Made by a program: the position numbers and the translations under genes. Below, in pieces: positions 25,806 through 39,516 of a DNA stretch of 64,000 nt. Location of the stretch: assembly GCF_044704955.1 (NCBI RefSeq), contig NC_091985.1, forward strand, positions 37,758,001 through 37,822,000, given 5' to 3'. The first letter of the stretch is position 1. Every line of letters starts with the position of its first letter. The notes beneath the pieces are model-generated. The model did not search any database and was not told where the DNA came from. It saw only the letters and a program-made list of their open reading frames with translations. The DNA is from Pristiophorus japonicus. Its lineage: Eukaryota.

Positions 25806-25901
25806 CTCCAGAGCTTGCAGAGCAACCACAACTACCTCTAGTCTGTCATCTTTCAACCGTTCCAAAATAGCTTCCTTCAGGAAAAGATCATCACATCCCT
25901 C
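25806..25901 (-). CDS. HEATR1: HEATR1 exon 13 (96 nt): EGCDDLFLKEAILERLKDDRLEVVVVALQALE
   Basis: aag acceptor, GTGAGT donor; matches FIKEAVLARLGDD. Confidence 0.93.
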
Positions 25902-26734
25902 CTTTGAAACAAAAGAAGTTTATAAATAAACTGCAATTCATGCGTAGTTTTGTGACCAAATGGCCAATAACTTCCAATTCTCCCATTAGTAATACAATGC
26001 CCACAGGATTCTGCTTCACTACCTTAAAGCATCCCAACAGCCTTGTACCACGACCCTAAAATGCTACACCCAATTATAAAATCCACCATTAGGTTGCAAA
26101 CAAAATTTTTAAACAAATCCGCATTCGAGTTTCATCTCTTGGGTGAGTCACAAAAGCGCAGCGTGGAAGTGCTGCAAGATTTTAAGAGATTAATTTCAAT
26201 TATTAAAGCTGTATTATTTAAGATTTAAAAAAAAAAGAAATCGAACTATTCAATTGAAACAGTTTAGTCACATTTAAACATATATTCTTTTGCCTGGGGA
26301 ATTCTATGGTAATGATCTGTGACTACAAGTCGCAGTTATTTTCAAGGCCTCACTTCACTCTTGAGTCTTGTGGCTCAACTCGCTCTTCAGGGCTGCTGAA
26401 ACTGAAGAGAGCTGAGACATTTCATGGGCCACTGCAACAGATCTGTACTCGGCCATAAATAATAACCAGTCATTAACAACTTGCTAACTTTACTAACAAG
26501 TAACTTACAGTCACTTCAGATAGTTACAATTTCTGAGTAACATCTTGTATATTTAATTGCATTGTAAATCCACCAACATTAAAATAATTTCAAGGTCTCA
26601 TGGCATTCATTTGAACTACTGGAGTTAGTTTGCAAAGCTTTTATGCTTTAGAAAATCTTACAGGTTTAAGATGAATTACCCAATTTAAAAAAAAAACTCT
26701 ATTCAAATAAATTGATTATTAAACTTTACACTAC

Positions 26735-26842
26735 CTGCGAGGTTTTAATGATTTCCTTCAACTGCTCGACGGCAAATACTCGGATCATAGGCTGTGGGTG
26801 ATTCAGACCCAGCAACAGTGATGTGTCAGAATCTGCCAACAA
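26735..26842 (-). CDS. HEATR1: HEATR1 exon 12 (108 nt): LLADSDTSLLLGLNHPQPMIRVFAVEQLKEIIKTSQ
   Basis: tttag acceptor, GTAGTG donor; LADSDTSL and LNHP conserved. Confidence 0.94.
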
Positions 26843-27424
26843 CTAAAATAAAAATTAAATGTTGTTAGGAATTAATAAATGGTCCATTTACATTTTTTTC
26901 ATTCTTCTCATGAAAGCCTTGACTGTTTTCTGGGACATGGTTCCACAGGTTCCATGCTCAAATGACTTTATTCACGCGACAGTTTATAAACTAAGTGTCG
27001 GTCGGCTATTCAACCATAGTAGAGCATCACACTGTAACCGATTCTGTCCTCACAGGCTTGATGGGCCGTATGGCCCGCTCCTGCTCCTAATTCTTATGTT
27101 CTCACCCAATGTTTACACACATGCTCTTCCAGCAAGTGATTTGAATGCAATCTGGAGGAATAATCCTTGTCAACATCCCCTTCCCTAATCCAGGGACGGT
27201 GATGCCAATTAGAGTTACTCAGCCACTGTACCTGTGGCTGAGATCAGCGAATTAAACACAGGCCACAATCAAGCCTGGGTCCTTCCTCTTCTCCATCGCC
27301 CAGCTAGTCACTTAACGAACTGAGGTATTTTAGTATACCATCCTCAAGTTATCAAGACAAGAAATGCCATGACCAGGAAAACTGAACAAGTTCTATTTAT
27401 ATTTTTCACTGAAAGAAGAAACAG

Positions 27425-27765
27425 CCAATTAAGTACTTTTGAAGTGTAGTCACTGTTGAAATGTAGGGAAATGTGGCAGCCAATTTGTGCACAGCAAGGT
27501 CCCACAAGCAACAATGAGATAAATGTTTAAGAGTTAAAGGTTGGCTAGGACACTGGGAGAACTCCCCTCCTCTTTGTTGAATAGTGCTTGGGATCTTTTA
27601 TCTCCACCTGAAAGAACAGGCAAAGTCTGTCATCTGAAAGACACTATCTCTGACAGTGCAGTACATAGCATCAGCCTATATTGTTAAAATCTCTGGGAGT
27701 GTAGCATTCACTCACAACCTTCTGCCTCAGAGATGAGAGTGCTACCAATGAGCCAAGGCTGACAC
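27425..27765 (-). mobile_element. Degenerate Deu-domain SINE
   Basis: Reverse complement of the SINE body with tRNA-like head (gctaccaatgagccaaggctgacac). Confidence 0.7.
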
Positions 27766-28478
27766 TCAAGGATGAAGATCCAGAGTGCAGGACACCAATT
27801 AGGCTGAAAAGAATGCATTGTAAATCAAAAAGTAGTGGTGAGGTGATGCAAAACTTGGGATGGTAGGAGGGAGGTGATATTAAGGGAGATAATGAGTTCC
27901 ATAATGTTGAAGTCCTGGGAAGGAATGAGTGAGAGTAATGAGTATTGATACAAGAGTGAGGATATAAACAGGAAGAAGAACATGCAAGCTGGTGCATTTG
28001 GAGCTTGCATGCCACCCAGTTGCAACATCAAGCAATCCCAGGTCAGGTGCAAAGTGAGCTGCAAGAAGAATACATTTCCTTCTACTTTGTTCCAACAATG
28101 TACAACTACTCCAAACTAACTGCACACTCCAATTGCAATAGTTGAATCTTTCAATTCCCACACCAAATTGCCTTGGAAGATGTTTCTAAGTATGATCAAT
28201 TTAGTGAAAATTTGCACTTGGGTGCTGAGAGATCGCCCAAAGTGCACTCTGTGTGAATGACAGACAGCAATAGGGAGAGCGAGAGAAATAGATGGCTAAG
28301 AAATATTTCCATCGGTCTGACATGGATTGGAACCCATGTACAAGAGACAAAATAGCTGTTTAAATCCAGTTTTATCTTTAAATTGTGCTACAGACAGTTC
28401 AACAATGGCATTTACTGCAAAATTGTTTTTTTCTTTAAAAATCCTTTCTGAACCCCTGGGTATTAAAGTCCATTTTAC

Positions 28479-28596
28479 CTGATGTTTGGCACTGTTCAAA
28501 GACAGAGAAATAAACTGGTGAAAGACATCTTGCTCTTTCTGGCTTGTAATCTTTTTCTGATATCCTTCCAATGCTAAATCAAAAGCATTAGGATAC
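28479..28596 (-). CDS. HEATR1: HEATR1 exon 11 (118 nt): YPNAFDLALEGYQKK...FHQFISLSLNSAKHQ
   Basis: aag acceptor, GTAAAA donor; FHQFxSLS conserved. Confidence 0.93.
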
Positions 28597-29136
28597 CTTC
28601 AGAGAATTAGAAAGGAACATCTTTAATAAGGAGCAACAAAAGAAAGGCAACTGTATACATTGGGAAAATGGAACTTTCACAAAGAACTCTAAAAGATTAC
28701 ATTTGTTTTTAGGTGAATACATTTAATATCTCTCACAAATGCAGTGGCCTTAAAACTCAAAAAAAGTTTTAATGTTTGAGGATATAAACCCTTTGCTTTT
28801 TCCAACTTATTTTTTCATCCCATTTACTTGATCAAATGTAGTAGGACAAGCAGGCAATCTGCTGCCAGACACCATTGCCACAACAGGATGGCGAAGAGGT
28901 GACCCTCCACCTGATGCAGCCACCGTCCCCAATTTACTTCCCCTCCAAATCGGGTAAAGCATTTGGACTCAACTCAGTGTCTTCCTGAAGCAATACGCCA
29001 GAGCAGAGCATTATGGGCCTGTGCTCCAACCACATTCTGTCACTATGCCACATTCAAAGCAGGAATTCTTGAAAGGTGGGTATATTCATTCACCTCAGTT
29101 CAGCACATGCAGAGTTGGATTGCAAGCTAAGCTTAC

Positions 29137-29244
29137 TTTGTTTCCAGAAGTCTGACCAAGGGCACAATTTTCTGATTTAAAGCAGTGAGACTGTCAGGGT
29201 TGATATTCTTTGTCCAATGGGAAATGTACTCTTCAAGAAGTACA
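29137..29244 (-). CDS. HEATR1: HEATR1 exon 10 (108 nt): VLLEEYISHWTKNINPDSLTALNQKIVPLVRLLETK
   Basis: tccag acceptor, GTAAGC donor; EEYIS and PLxRLLE conserved. Confidence 0.93.
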
Positions 29245-29719
29245 CTGGAATACAGGAAAAAAAACAATTCAGATGTAGCACGACTTGATTCAACAATAAA
29301 GATAAATGAACCGTAGCAGTAAATCTCTGCTGAACTACAGCCAAATATTTATCAAGATAAATCCTACCAAAAGATTGCTCGCTGCAGGTCCCTATAGAAG
29401 ATGATGTGTGATTAACAGCTGCAATAACACGTTATTCAGCAAATTTATCAAATGGCAAACCTGCTCTAAAGATTTTGACACAGGTAATCTATCACTTACG
29501 AACTCAAAACAAGAGTTGGTTTTATTCTGAACTAGCTGATCTGCCATGGCTCTACACAAATTAAAAAAATTACACAACAATCCATGAATCTCCCAATTAG
29601 TTTTCCATATCATTTTAAAACAATTTCATCTATAATATGGCTTGAAATCTTCAATTTACATTTATGCTCAGTATAATTATCCTCCTTTTATGATTTCCTT
29701 TATGATTTTAAAATAAATA

Positions 29720-32220
29720 CCTTTACTTGGGCAAAATTAGGGTACGATGGAGGAAAGTGAGAAAATGGTGAGGAAGTAGGAAATTGTTTAAAGATGAAAT
29801 AGCTCGGGTACAGTCAGGGTACATTCCCACGAGGGAGAAAAGTTGGGCAACTAAAGTCAGAGCTCCCTGGATGAGGAAACAGACAGAGTGTAAGATGGAG
29901 CAGAAAAAGAGCGTGTATGACACTGGAGTTCAGAAGAATGAGAGGGAATCTCATAGAAACGTTTAAAATTCTGACGGGTTTAGACAGGTTAGATGCAGGA
30001 AGAATATTCCCGATGTTGGGGAAGTCCAGAACCAGGGTCACAGTCTAAGGATAAGGGGTAAGCCATTTAGGACCGAGATGAGGAGAAACTTCTTCACCCA
30101 GAGAGTGGTGAACCTGTGGAATTCTCTACCACAGAAAGTTGTTGAGGCCAATTCACTAAATATATTCAAAAAGGAGTTAGATGTAGTCCTGACTACATGG
30201 GGGATCAAGGGGTATGGCGAGAAAGCAGGAATGGGGTACTGAAGTTGCATGTTCAGCCATGAACTCATTGAATGGTGGTGCAGGCTCGAAGGGCCGAATG
30301 GCCTACTCCTGCACCTGTTTTCTATGTTTTTATGTTTCACTCAGCAGTTTCTGGTGTAAATTAGTGTCTTTGAACTTTAATTTATTCCACTATGGACTTT
30401 TGAAATGGCGGTGCAGGCTCGAAGGGCCAAATGGCCTACTCCTGCACCTATTTTCTATGTTTCTATGTCAGGTTGCAAATACATCTGAGAATCAGGCTAT
30501 ATAGAAAGGTCAGAGGAGACATGAAAAAGCAAATAAGAGGGGCAAGGAGAGAGTATTAGAACAGAATGGCAGCCAATTAAAAGGTAATCCAAAAGACTTC
30601 TATAGGTATATAAATAGTAAAAAGGTAGTATGAGGAGGGGTGGGGCTGATTAGGGACCAAAACGGAGACCTATGCATGAAGGCAGAGGGTATGGCTGAGG
30701 TACTAAATGAGTACTTTGCATCTGCCTTCACCAAGGGTGCTGCTATAGACATAGTGAAGGAGGAGGCAGTGGAGACACTTGATAGGATAAAAATTGATAG
30801 AGTTATTAGAAAGGCTGGCTGTACTTAAAGTAGATAAATCACCAGAAGCGGATGGGATGTATCCTCGGATGCTGAGGGCGGAAATCGCAGAGGTACTGGC
30901 CATAAATCCTCCAAAGATACATGGGCGGTGCCAGAGGTCTGGAGAATTGCAAATGTTGCATCATTGTTCAAAAAAGGCTAGGTGTTTATACTTGGTCGTG
31001 GGGAAGCTTTTAGAAACAGTAATCAGGGACAAAATTGTCACTTGGATAAGTGTGGATTAATTAAGGAAAGTCCGCACAGATTCGTTAAAGGCAAATCGTG
31101 TTTAATCAACTTGATCGAGTTTTTTGATGAGGGGTAACAGAGAGGGTTGATGAGGGTAATGCAGTTGATGTAGTGTACATGGATTTCTAAATGGTGTCCG
31201 ATAAAGTGCCACATAATAGGCTTGCCAGCAAAATTGAAGCCCATGGAATAAAAGGGACAGTGACAATGGTGAACTTTTGTTTTTCAGACTGGATCTAGGA
31301 CCACTGCTTTTCTTGATGTATATAAATGACTTGGACGCGGGTGTACAATTTCAAAATTTGTAGATGACACAAAACTTGGAAGTATCGCGAACAGTGAGGA
31401 GAGTGATAGACTTCGGGAAGACATAGGCTGGTAAAATGGGCGAACGCTTGGCAGATGAAGTTTAATGCAGAAAATGCAGTGAAGTGATACATTTTGGTAG
31501 AAAAAATGGGGCGACAATATATAAACGAAATGTTACAATCCTCAAGTGGGTGTACGAACAGTGGGGGTATATGTGCATACATTGTTGAAGGTGGCAGGAC
31601 AGGTTGAAAAAGCAGTTAAAAAGGCTTATGGGATCCTGGGCTGCATAAGTGTGGACATTATGATAAACCTGTATAAAACACTGGTTCGGCCCCAACTGGA
31701 GTATTGTGTCCAATTCTGGGCACCACACTTTAGGAAGGATGTGAAGGCCTTGGAGAAGGTGAAGAAAAGATTTACAAGAATGATTTCAGGAATGAGGGAC
31801 TTCAGTTACGTTGATAGACTGGAGAAGCTGGGGTTGTTCTCCTGGGCGCAGAGAAGATTGAGTGGAGATTTGATAGAGGTGTTCAAAATCATGAGGGGTC
31901 TGGACAGGGTAGAGAGAAGCTGTTCCAATTGGCAGGAGGGTAGAGAATCAGAGGACACAGATTTAAGGTGATTAGTAAAAGAACCAAAGGCGACATAAGA
32001 AAAAAAATTTTTATGCAGCAAGTGGTTAATATCTGAAATCCACTGCCTGAAAGGGTGGTGGAGGCAGACGTAATTTTATCTTTCAAAAGGGAGTTGGATA
32101 AGTATCTGAAGGAAAGAAATTTGCAGGGCTACGGGGAAAGGGCAGGGCAGTGGGACTAGCTGAAAGTCGATGCGGCCTCGACGGGCCTTCTCCCGTGTTG
32201 TAACCATTCTATGATTCTAT
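29720..32220 (+). mobile_element. Older CR1 ORF2 remnant, interrupted at 29921-30468
   Basis: [38 protein letters not shown]; attctatgattctatg tail. Confidence 0.85.
29921..30468 (+). mobile_element. Chimeric insert: copy of 36758-37224 (CR1 end plus unique flank) followed by a second CR1 tail
   Basis: Near-identical to 36758-37224 including non-CR1 flank; extra tail at 30407-30468. Confidence 0.88.
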
Positions 32221-32269
32221 GGTGAAGTGCGAGGTACAAAGTTGGAATGGAAAGTGATACTGGGACATG

Positions 32270-33500
32270 GAGCATGGGATGGATTTATGAAGGGGAAGTC
32301 ATGGTTGACAAATTTGCTGGAATTCTTTGAGGATGTAACGAACAGGGTGGATAAAGGAGAACCAGTGGATGTGGTATATTTGGAGTTCCAGAAGGCATTT
32401 GACAAAGTGCCACATAAAAGGTTACTGCACAAAAGTTCATGGGGTTGGGGGTAATATATTAGCATGGATAGAGGATTGGCTAACTAACAGAAAACAGAGT
32501 CGGGATAAATGGTTCATTCTCGGGTTGGCAATAATAACTAGTGGAGTGCTGAGACTCCAACTATTTACAATCTATATTAACGACTTGGAAGAAGGGACTG
32601 AGTGTAACATAGCCAAGTTTGCTGATGATACAAAGATGGGAGGAAATGCATGGGTGAGGACACAACAAATCTGCAAAAGGACATAAGTGGGCAAAAATTT
32701 AGCAGATGAACTATAATGTTGGAAAGTGTGAGGTCATGCACTTTGGCAGTAAAAAAAAATCAAAGAGCAAGTTATTATTTAAATAGAGAAAGATTGCAAA
32801 GAGCTGCAGTACAGCGGAACCTGTGCATGAAACACAAAAGGATAGTACGCAAGTACAAGAAGTGATGGAATCTTGGCCTTTATTGCAAAGAGGATGGAGT
32901 ATAAAAGCAGGGAAGTCTTGCTACAACTATACAGGGTATTGGTGAGGCCACACCTGGACTACTGCATGCAGTTTTGGTTTCCATACTTGCTTTGGAGGCA
33001 GTTCAGAGAAGGTTCGCTAGGTTGATTCCGGGGATGAGCGGGTTGACTTATGAGGAAAGGTTGAGTAGGTTGGGCCTCTACTCATTGGAATTCAGAAGAA
33101 TGAGAGGTGATCTTATCGAAACGTATAAGGTTATGAGGGGGCTTGACAAGATGGATGCAGAGAGGATGTTTCCACTGATGGGGGAGACTAGAACTAGAGG
33201 GCATGATCTTAGAATAAGGGGCCGCCCATTTAAAACTGAGATGAGGAGAAATTTCTTCTCTCAAAGGGTTGTGAATCTGTGGAATTCACTGCCTCAGAGA
33301 GTTGTGGAAGCTGGGACATTGAATAAATTTAAGACAGAAATAGACAGTGTCTTAAACGAAAAGGAGATAAGGGGTTATGGGGAGCGGGCAGGGAAGTGGA
33401 GCTGAGTCCATGATCAGATCAACCATGATCTTATTGAATGGCGGAGCAGGCTCGAGGGGCCGTATGGCCTACTCCTGCTCCTATTTCTTATGTTCTTATG
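32270..33500 (+). mobile_element. CR1 RT region plus 3' UTR, 5'-truncated
   Basis: GFMKGKSWLTNLLEFFEDVT, KFADDTK; ttcttatgttcttatg tail. Confidence 0.92.
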
Positions 33501-33891
33501 CTTGGACTGTAGGGGACAAGATGGTTTCCAAAGCCAGCAGTGATGTGCAAAGCCATGCATGAACAATCAGCAGGAATAGCAGATAATGTTGGGAATGACA
33601 AGTTTGAAATGCAAGTTTGAGATTTCTTTTCTGAATTGTTAAATGCATGAATTTTGTTATAGCAGCTGTATTCTCAGCCAATATGTGAGAGGAACAAAAC
33701 TGAAGATAAAGTTCTTGGCTAATATGACTGATGAAAAAGAAAATACAACACAAGTAGAAAACAACCAAATAGAAAGAAGTAAAACACTTGATCACTGAGG
33801 AAGAATAAAATTGATCACGGTCTTGATGTAAATGGCAGTCATAAGAAATGCCATTATAAAGATATAGAAGCACACTGCAAATGGTAATTAC

Positions 33892-34006
33892 TTGGCTAGA
33901 GTTTGCTCCAAGTTGCTCTCCAGTGTAACATTCTGAAGTATGGCTTCCAGCAGTTGGACATGGGTTTGGCTACCAGAACTTTCCTCCTGCTCTTCGGCTA
34001 TTTCAG
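33892..34006 (-). CDS. HEATR1: HEATR1 exon 9 (115 nt): EIAEEQEESSGSQTHVQLLEAILQNVTLESNLEQTLA
   Basis: cccag acceptor, GTAATT donor; LEAIL motif; phases fit neighbours. Confidence 0.9.
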
Positions 34007-34932
34007 CTGGGGAGATAAAGGAATAAAAACGAGTCACACAACAGTTTACATCAGTCACTGTTACACAGGAAAACGGAGCTGATAAAACTTTAAGAGGTAA
34101 AATGGATTAAGCACACTGTCCTGCACCAGGAATCTAATTCAGCCCAGATTGTAAGACTATTAAATTAAATTTGAATTTGGCATTCTTTATCCAGTTCTTA
34201 GTCCCTACTCGTGAAAAGCGAAAATCTTCTCAAATTCAGCTGAAATACTTTAATTTAGATTGGCCACAGGATAATTGTGGATAACAGAAATATCACGATG
34301 AAGACAGCACCAGGGGAGTTCTTCACAACATGAAGTTAAGGTGCACTGTTGCAGCAGAGCAGAAAGCTTCATCGCATCTCACCTGAGCACACCTGACCTG
34401 GGAGTAAAAAAAAATGGCATCGCTCAGTTTGATGCGCACAAAAGCCCCTCCCCGCAAAATAGTTTAGAAATAATGCAGGCTGCTCTTGTTGTTTGGTTCA
34501 TGTACCGTCCAGTATGGTACCAAGCCGTACAGACCCAGGTTTGATGCCTGCCTAATTAAAACGATCCTTGCCAGGATAGTGGGCATTGAGAAAACGGAGC
34601 TCAGCCTCCCCTTTTTGTGCTGTGCACAAAATGACCATCATGTTTACCTGAATAATTATCACTGCACTGCACTCATAGAATGTGAAATGTTTTGAGACGT
34701 TTGAGAGTCACGATAAGATGCTATATAAAGTCTTCCATTCTATTAAATCAAGGGTAAACTTGTTAAAATTAGCAGACAGAGCCACCAAAAAGAAGTTCAA
34801 TGGATTTACTAACTGCATTTACTTAAGTGTATTAATAGCATGGGTGCAGGCAGAAAAGGAGAAGAGTGCGCGCGCGTGCATGCATGCATACAAGAGTGGA
34901 TTTATTAAAAAGAAGAAAAATCAGAACACTAC

Positions 34933-35057
34933 CTGCGATAATGGAATGGATCAGATTGGGGAGAAAATACTGGAGCAGAGGAGAAACTTTATACTGAGCG
35001 TCAATCTCTTGGAGAATTGTAACAAGGCCAGGGATATTACAGAGATGAGTAAAGGTT
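34933..35057 (-). CDS. HEATR1: HEATR1 exon 8 (125 nt): TFTHLCNIPGLVTILQEIDAQYKVSPLLQYFLPNLIHSIIA
   Basis: tgcag acceptor, GTAGTG donor; HLCN and VSPLL conserved. Confidence 0.93.
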
Positions 35058-35947
35058 CTGCAAAATAAACAAAACAATTATCAGACAATTATTTCCATCA
35101 CTGCATCTCCTCCTTCCAATCAATTAAAGCAGATAACAGACAAGCATCACTTCAGTGACCAGAGGTAAGAAAAAGCAGTTGCTGGAAATGTGGAATACAA
35201 ACAAAAAATACAAAGCAGATGAGTAACCATCTGAAGGAGAAAGAGAAAGTTGCCCAAATAACCACCAGAAAACTGAATTGTTATACGGAAAAGATGGTAC
35301 GCATTCGGATTTTTTTTTTCAAAAAAAGGATAAATACCAGTTTCTGCAGGATACAATCTTCATTCAAGTAAATAATGTTATGAAACCTTCAGTGACACTT
35401 TAAAATGGAGAATCTGACAATGGGTAACTTTCTATATCGTCTGAACACAACGGTATTCAGAATGCCTTTAATTTATGAAGGTATGTGGAGTTAGTGATTG
35501 AAATAACTTTATTGTGAAACAGCTTGAACAGTATTGACGTTTCTCATGGATTTTTGCAATTTGGACAGCTCTAACACATGCATTATTTTTACTCACAGGA
35601 TACTTCAGGGCAATAGTTTTCAAATATATCTATTACCATAAATCACTGCCCATAAACTACCTTATTTGCATCCTATTTCAGAATACTGAAAAGAGATTGC
35701 GACGGCAAGCATGGTGGTCAGAACCATCGAGTATAAAACGTTTTCCAAGATTGGAATTCTAACCACAGAAATATTCCAATGCCACATCAAACTAACATAA
35801 TTCTTGCTCCATTAGCGTCAGTCACCTTGATCACAGTTCACGTGTGAAACTTTCAATTCAAATATATATATTGTTTTCAATTCGCCTGTGTAACAATGAT
35901 TTAGCTGGTGTCATCAGCCAGTTAGGATTTGACAGAAAGGCCCATTC

Positions 35948-37156
35948 CGGTAGAGTGGACAAGGGAGAACCAGTTGATGTGGTGTATTTGGACTTTCAGA
36001 AGGCTTTCGACAAGATCCCACACAAGAGATTAATGTGCAAAGTTAAAGCACATGGGATTGGGGGTAATGTTCTGACATGGATTGAGAACTGGTTGGCAGA
36101 CAGGAAGCAAAGAGTAGGAGTAAATGGGTACTTTTCAGAATGGCAGGCAGTGACTAGTGGGGTACCGCAAGGTTCTGTGCTGGGGCCCCAGCTGTTTACA
36201 TTGTACATTAATGATTTAGACGAGGGGATTAAATGTAGTATCTCCAAATTTGCAGATGACACTAAGTTGGGTGAGCTGCAAGGAGGATGCTATGAGGCTG
36301 CAGAGTGACTTGGATAGGTTAGGTGAGTGGGCAAATGCATGGCAGATGAAGTATAATGTGGATAAATGTGAGGTCATCCACTTTGGTGGTAAAAACAGAG
36401 AGTCAAACTATTATCTGAATGGTGACAGATTAGGAAAAGGTGAGGTGCAACGAGACCTGGGTGTCATGGTACATCGGTCATTGAAGGTTGGCATGCAGGT
36501 ACAGCAGGCGGTTAAGAAAGCAAATGGCATGTTGGCCTTCATAGCAAGGGGATTTGAGTACAGGGGCAGGGAGGTGTTGCTACAATTGTACAGGGCCTTG
36601 GTGAGGCCACACCTGGAGTATTGTGTACAGTTTTGGTCTCCTAACTTGAGGAAGGACATTCTTGCTATTGAGGGAGTGCAGCAAAGGTTCACCAGACTGA
36701 TTCCCGGGATGGCGGGACTGACCTATCAAGAAAGACTGGATCAACTGGGCTTGTATTCACTGGAGTTCAGAAGAATGAGAGGGGATCTCATAGAAACATT
36801 TAAAATTCTGACGGGTTTAGACAGGTTAGATGCAGGAAGAATGTTCCCAATGTTGGGGAAGTCCAAAACCAGGGGTCACAGTCTAAGGATACGGGGTAAG
36901 CCATTTAGGACCGAGATGAGGAGAAACTTCTTCACCCAGAGAGTGGTGAACCTGTGGAATTCTCTACCACAGAAAATTGTTGAGGCCAATTCACTAAATA
37001 TATTCAAAAAGGAGTTAGATGTAGTCCTGACTACATGTGGGATCAAGGGGTATGGCGAGAAAGCAGGAATGGGGTACTGAAGTTGCATGTTCAGCCATGA
37101 ACTCATTGAATGGTGGTGCAGGCTCGAAGGGCCTGTTTTCTATGTTTTTATGTTTC
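35948..37156 (+). mobile_element. Relatively young CR1, 5'-truncated
   Basis: ORFs 35844-36308 and 36250-37080 carry RT motifs with one frameshift; short deletion in the 3' tail. Confidence 0.95.
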
Positions 37157-37939
37157 ACTCAGCAGTTTCTGGTGTAAATTAGTGTCTTTGAACCTTAATT
37201 TATTCCACTGTGGACTTTTGAAATAAAATAGCTTGAACATTCACTTCTTTTCAAATAAATATTCATCTACCTCTGGTTCATTCACAGAAGGTTACACAAG
37301 TAAGATATTACACAGTGAAGAAAATAAAGATAGCAATGGGAACACAGGTATAAGCACAGTCAAAAAAAAAGACATGATGTGGTTTTGCTTTTATCTCTAA
37401 GCAACTTGCTTATGCTTTTCAAAACCAAAGGTGATTAAACAAGCATACCAATATAACATAGCAGTGTGGTGCGGTCTCAAACGACTGTGCCCTGGGCATT
37501 TATGGCAGGTCACAGCATGCAGACCCATGGGGTATATTTCCCTCTGTGTGCTAGCATTAGCAAAGATAAAACAAAATTAGTGAGTATAAAGTAGGAAAGT
37601 CTGCTTTACACTCATGCTGATTTCTTCTGCTAACATTAGCAAATGCTAGAAATACATACCCTATTACGCATTCACTCCACAGTATGCTAATAGATGCATG
37701 TTAGTGTCCCAACAGATAAAACATTCATCTGAAGGGTGTTCCTAAAAAAAGTGCTTGAATGGCAAAACATTGTATCTGAGGGGTCACTTATCTGTTTCCT
37801 GTTTATATTAAGAGAAATTTAAAGACTATGTCTCCATTTAGTATAGATCAGAAGGTAAGAACTTGCTGTGCCAACGAAGAGGAATCACAATGGAATGAAA
37901 GGCACAGGAAGGTGACCATAAAAAGATCGAATCCACTTT

Positions 37940-38269
37940 TTTCTTAATTCATTCCCAGGACGTGGATGTCGCTGGCAAGGACGACATTTATTGTCCATCT
38001 CAAGTTGCCTTTGAGATGGTGATGGTGGGTGGGCCTTCCTCCTGAACCGTTGCAATGTAGCGGTTTTCTACGACCGAGTGGCTTGCTTAGGTCAATAAGA
38101 GTCAAACATATTGATGTGGGACTGGAGTCAGGTATAGGCCAGACCGGGCAGGTTTCCCCAAGGGGCATTAGCACACCATTTTTGTTTTGGCTATTTTTTT
38201 TCTTAAATGGTGGGATTTGAACTCTCATTCTCTGGATTACTAGTCCAGTGACATAACCACTATGCTACC
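37940..38269 (-). mobile_element. tRNA-headed SINE
   Basis: Minus strand starts ggtagcatagtggttatg (A box) ... gagttcaaatccca (B box); LINE-like tail ending gaatgaat. Confidence 0.7.
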
Positions 38270-39304
38270 GCAACCCACCTTTTGTAATGGTTGTGACACG
38301 TTAGTTCGGCTCCACAACGCAGCCTGGTTGCTTTGAGGAAGTTTGCTTTGCATATTTTTTTTGTTTCAGGGTGAAGTGAAGACAACTGGTTAAGAGTTTA
38401 GAAAGTGAGAACTTGATTTAAATGCCCAGCTGTGGAAATAAAATAGTTCCACAGAATATAGCATCTCAAAGACGAAATGATGCGTAGTATAACCCTTATG
38501 AACAAATGTACAGTGAAAATATTAATATTGACATTATTTACACTGGCCAGTCTTCTCTCGTAAAATCCAAACTAGGTTGTATCACTAAAATGTTTTCAAA
38601 TTCCACTGAATTTGAGGATGCTAATCTGCGCCACAAAGCATGCACAGATTCACTATAGTAATTCCTGTTAGCTAGACACTTGGAGGCCCAGAATATTTCC
38701 TTACTTGCATTAATAGATGGGGAACTGACAAAAAAGAATATGCTTTTTATTGTATGTCCAAGTATTGCTTCTGGAATTATCCAGTTCCTGTGCAGTATAT
38801 ATATTCTATGTCCTCCCCATTCAAACAAAATACTAATGCAAATGTAAACCACTAAATACCAGAGAGGCTCAATATCCCCTTAAATATTTATGATTCTGAA
38901 TAACAGTAATAATAATTAATACAGTAGAACTATATCAGTCAGAATCTTGATTGGACAAAGGCTTGTGCAAGACAGGGCCTCACTGTGCAGCTTTTGCTAT
39001 TTGTATTTTGTCTCAGTTTCTTAGTGAATAAAACTGTTCAATATCTGTATTGAACTGGTCTTCATTCCCATGCCTTGGGTATTGATGTAGCATAGATGCA
39101 AGACCACAATTTAGGGGCTCGGTTACCCAACGAATTCCATTATCTGATGAAGGAGGAGGCGTTTGTTATGCGGATAATGGAGATGCCACTGTTCAGCACA
39201 ACAACAACTTGCATTTATATGGCATCTCTAACGTAGTAAAACGTCCCAAGGCACTTCCCATTTACAATGAAGCTACGGAGCACAAAAGGGAATATTGCAC
39301 TTAC

Positions 39305-39516
39305 TTCTTACTAATATTTTTCCTCTTTTGGTGCTGCAGTAAAATAATCAGGCAGCTCAGTCCCTCTCGTCTCAGAGTTGGCATCTTCACAACTGCTTTG
39401 CTGATCTGCTGAGTCAGAGTGTCTATCAGAGATTTTTCCATGACAACTTTCACAGCAAGCTGACAGATTATCATGTAGGTAGCTGCTCTGTAATCTGCCA
39501 ATGAAGACTTCAGTCC
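39305..39516 (-). CDS. HEATR1: HEATR1 exon 7 (212 nt): GLKSSLADYRAATYMIICQLAVKV...GLSCLIILLQ...
   Basis: gtag acceptor, GTAAGT donor; DYRAATYMIICQ matches human as remembered. Confidence 0.96.
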
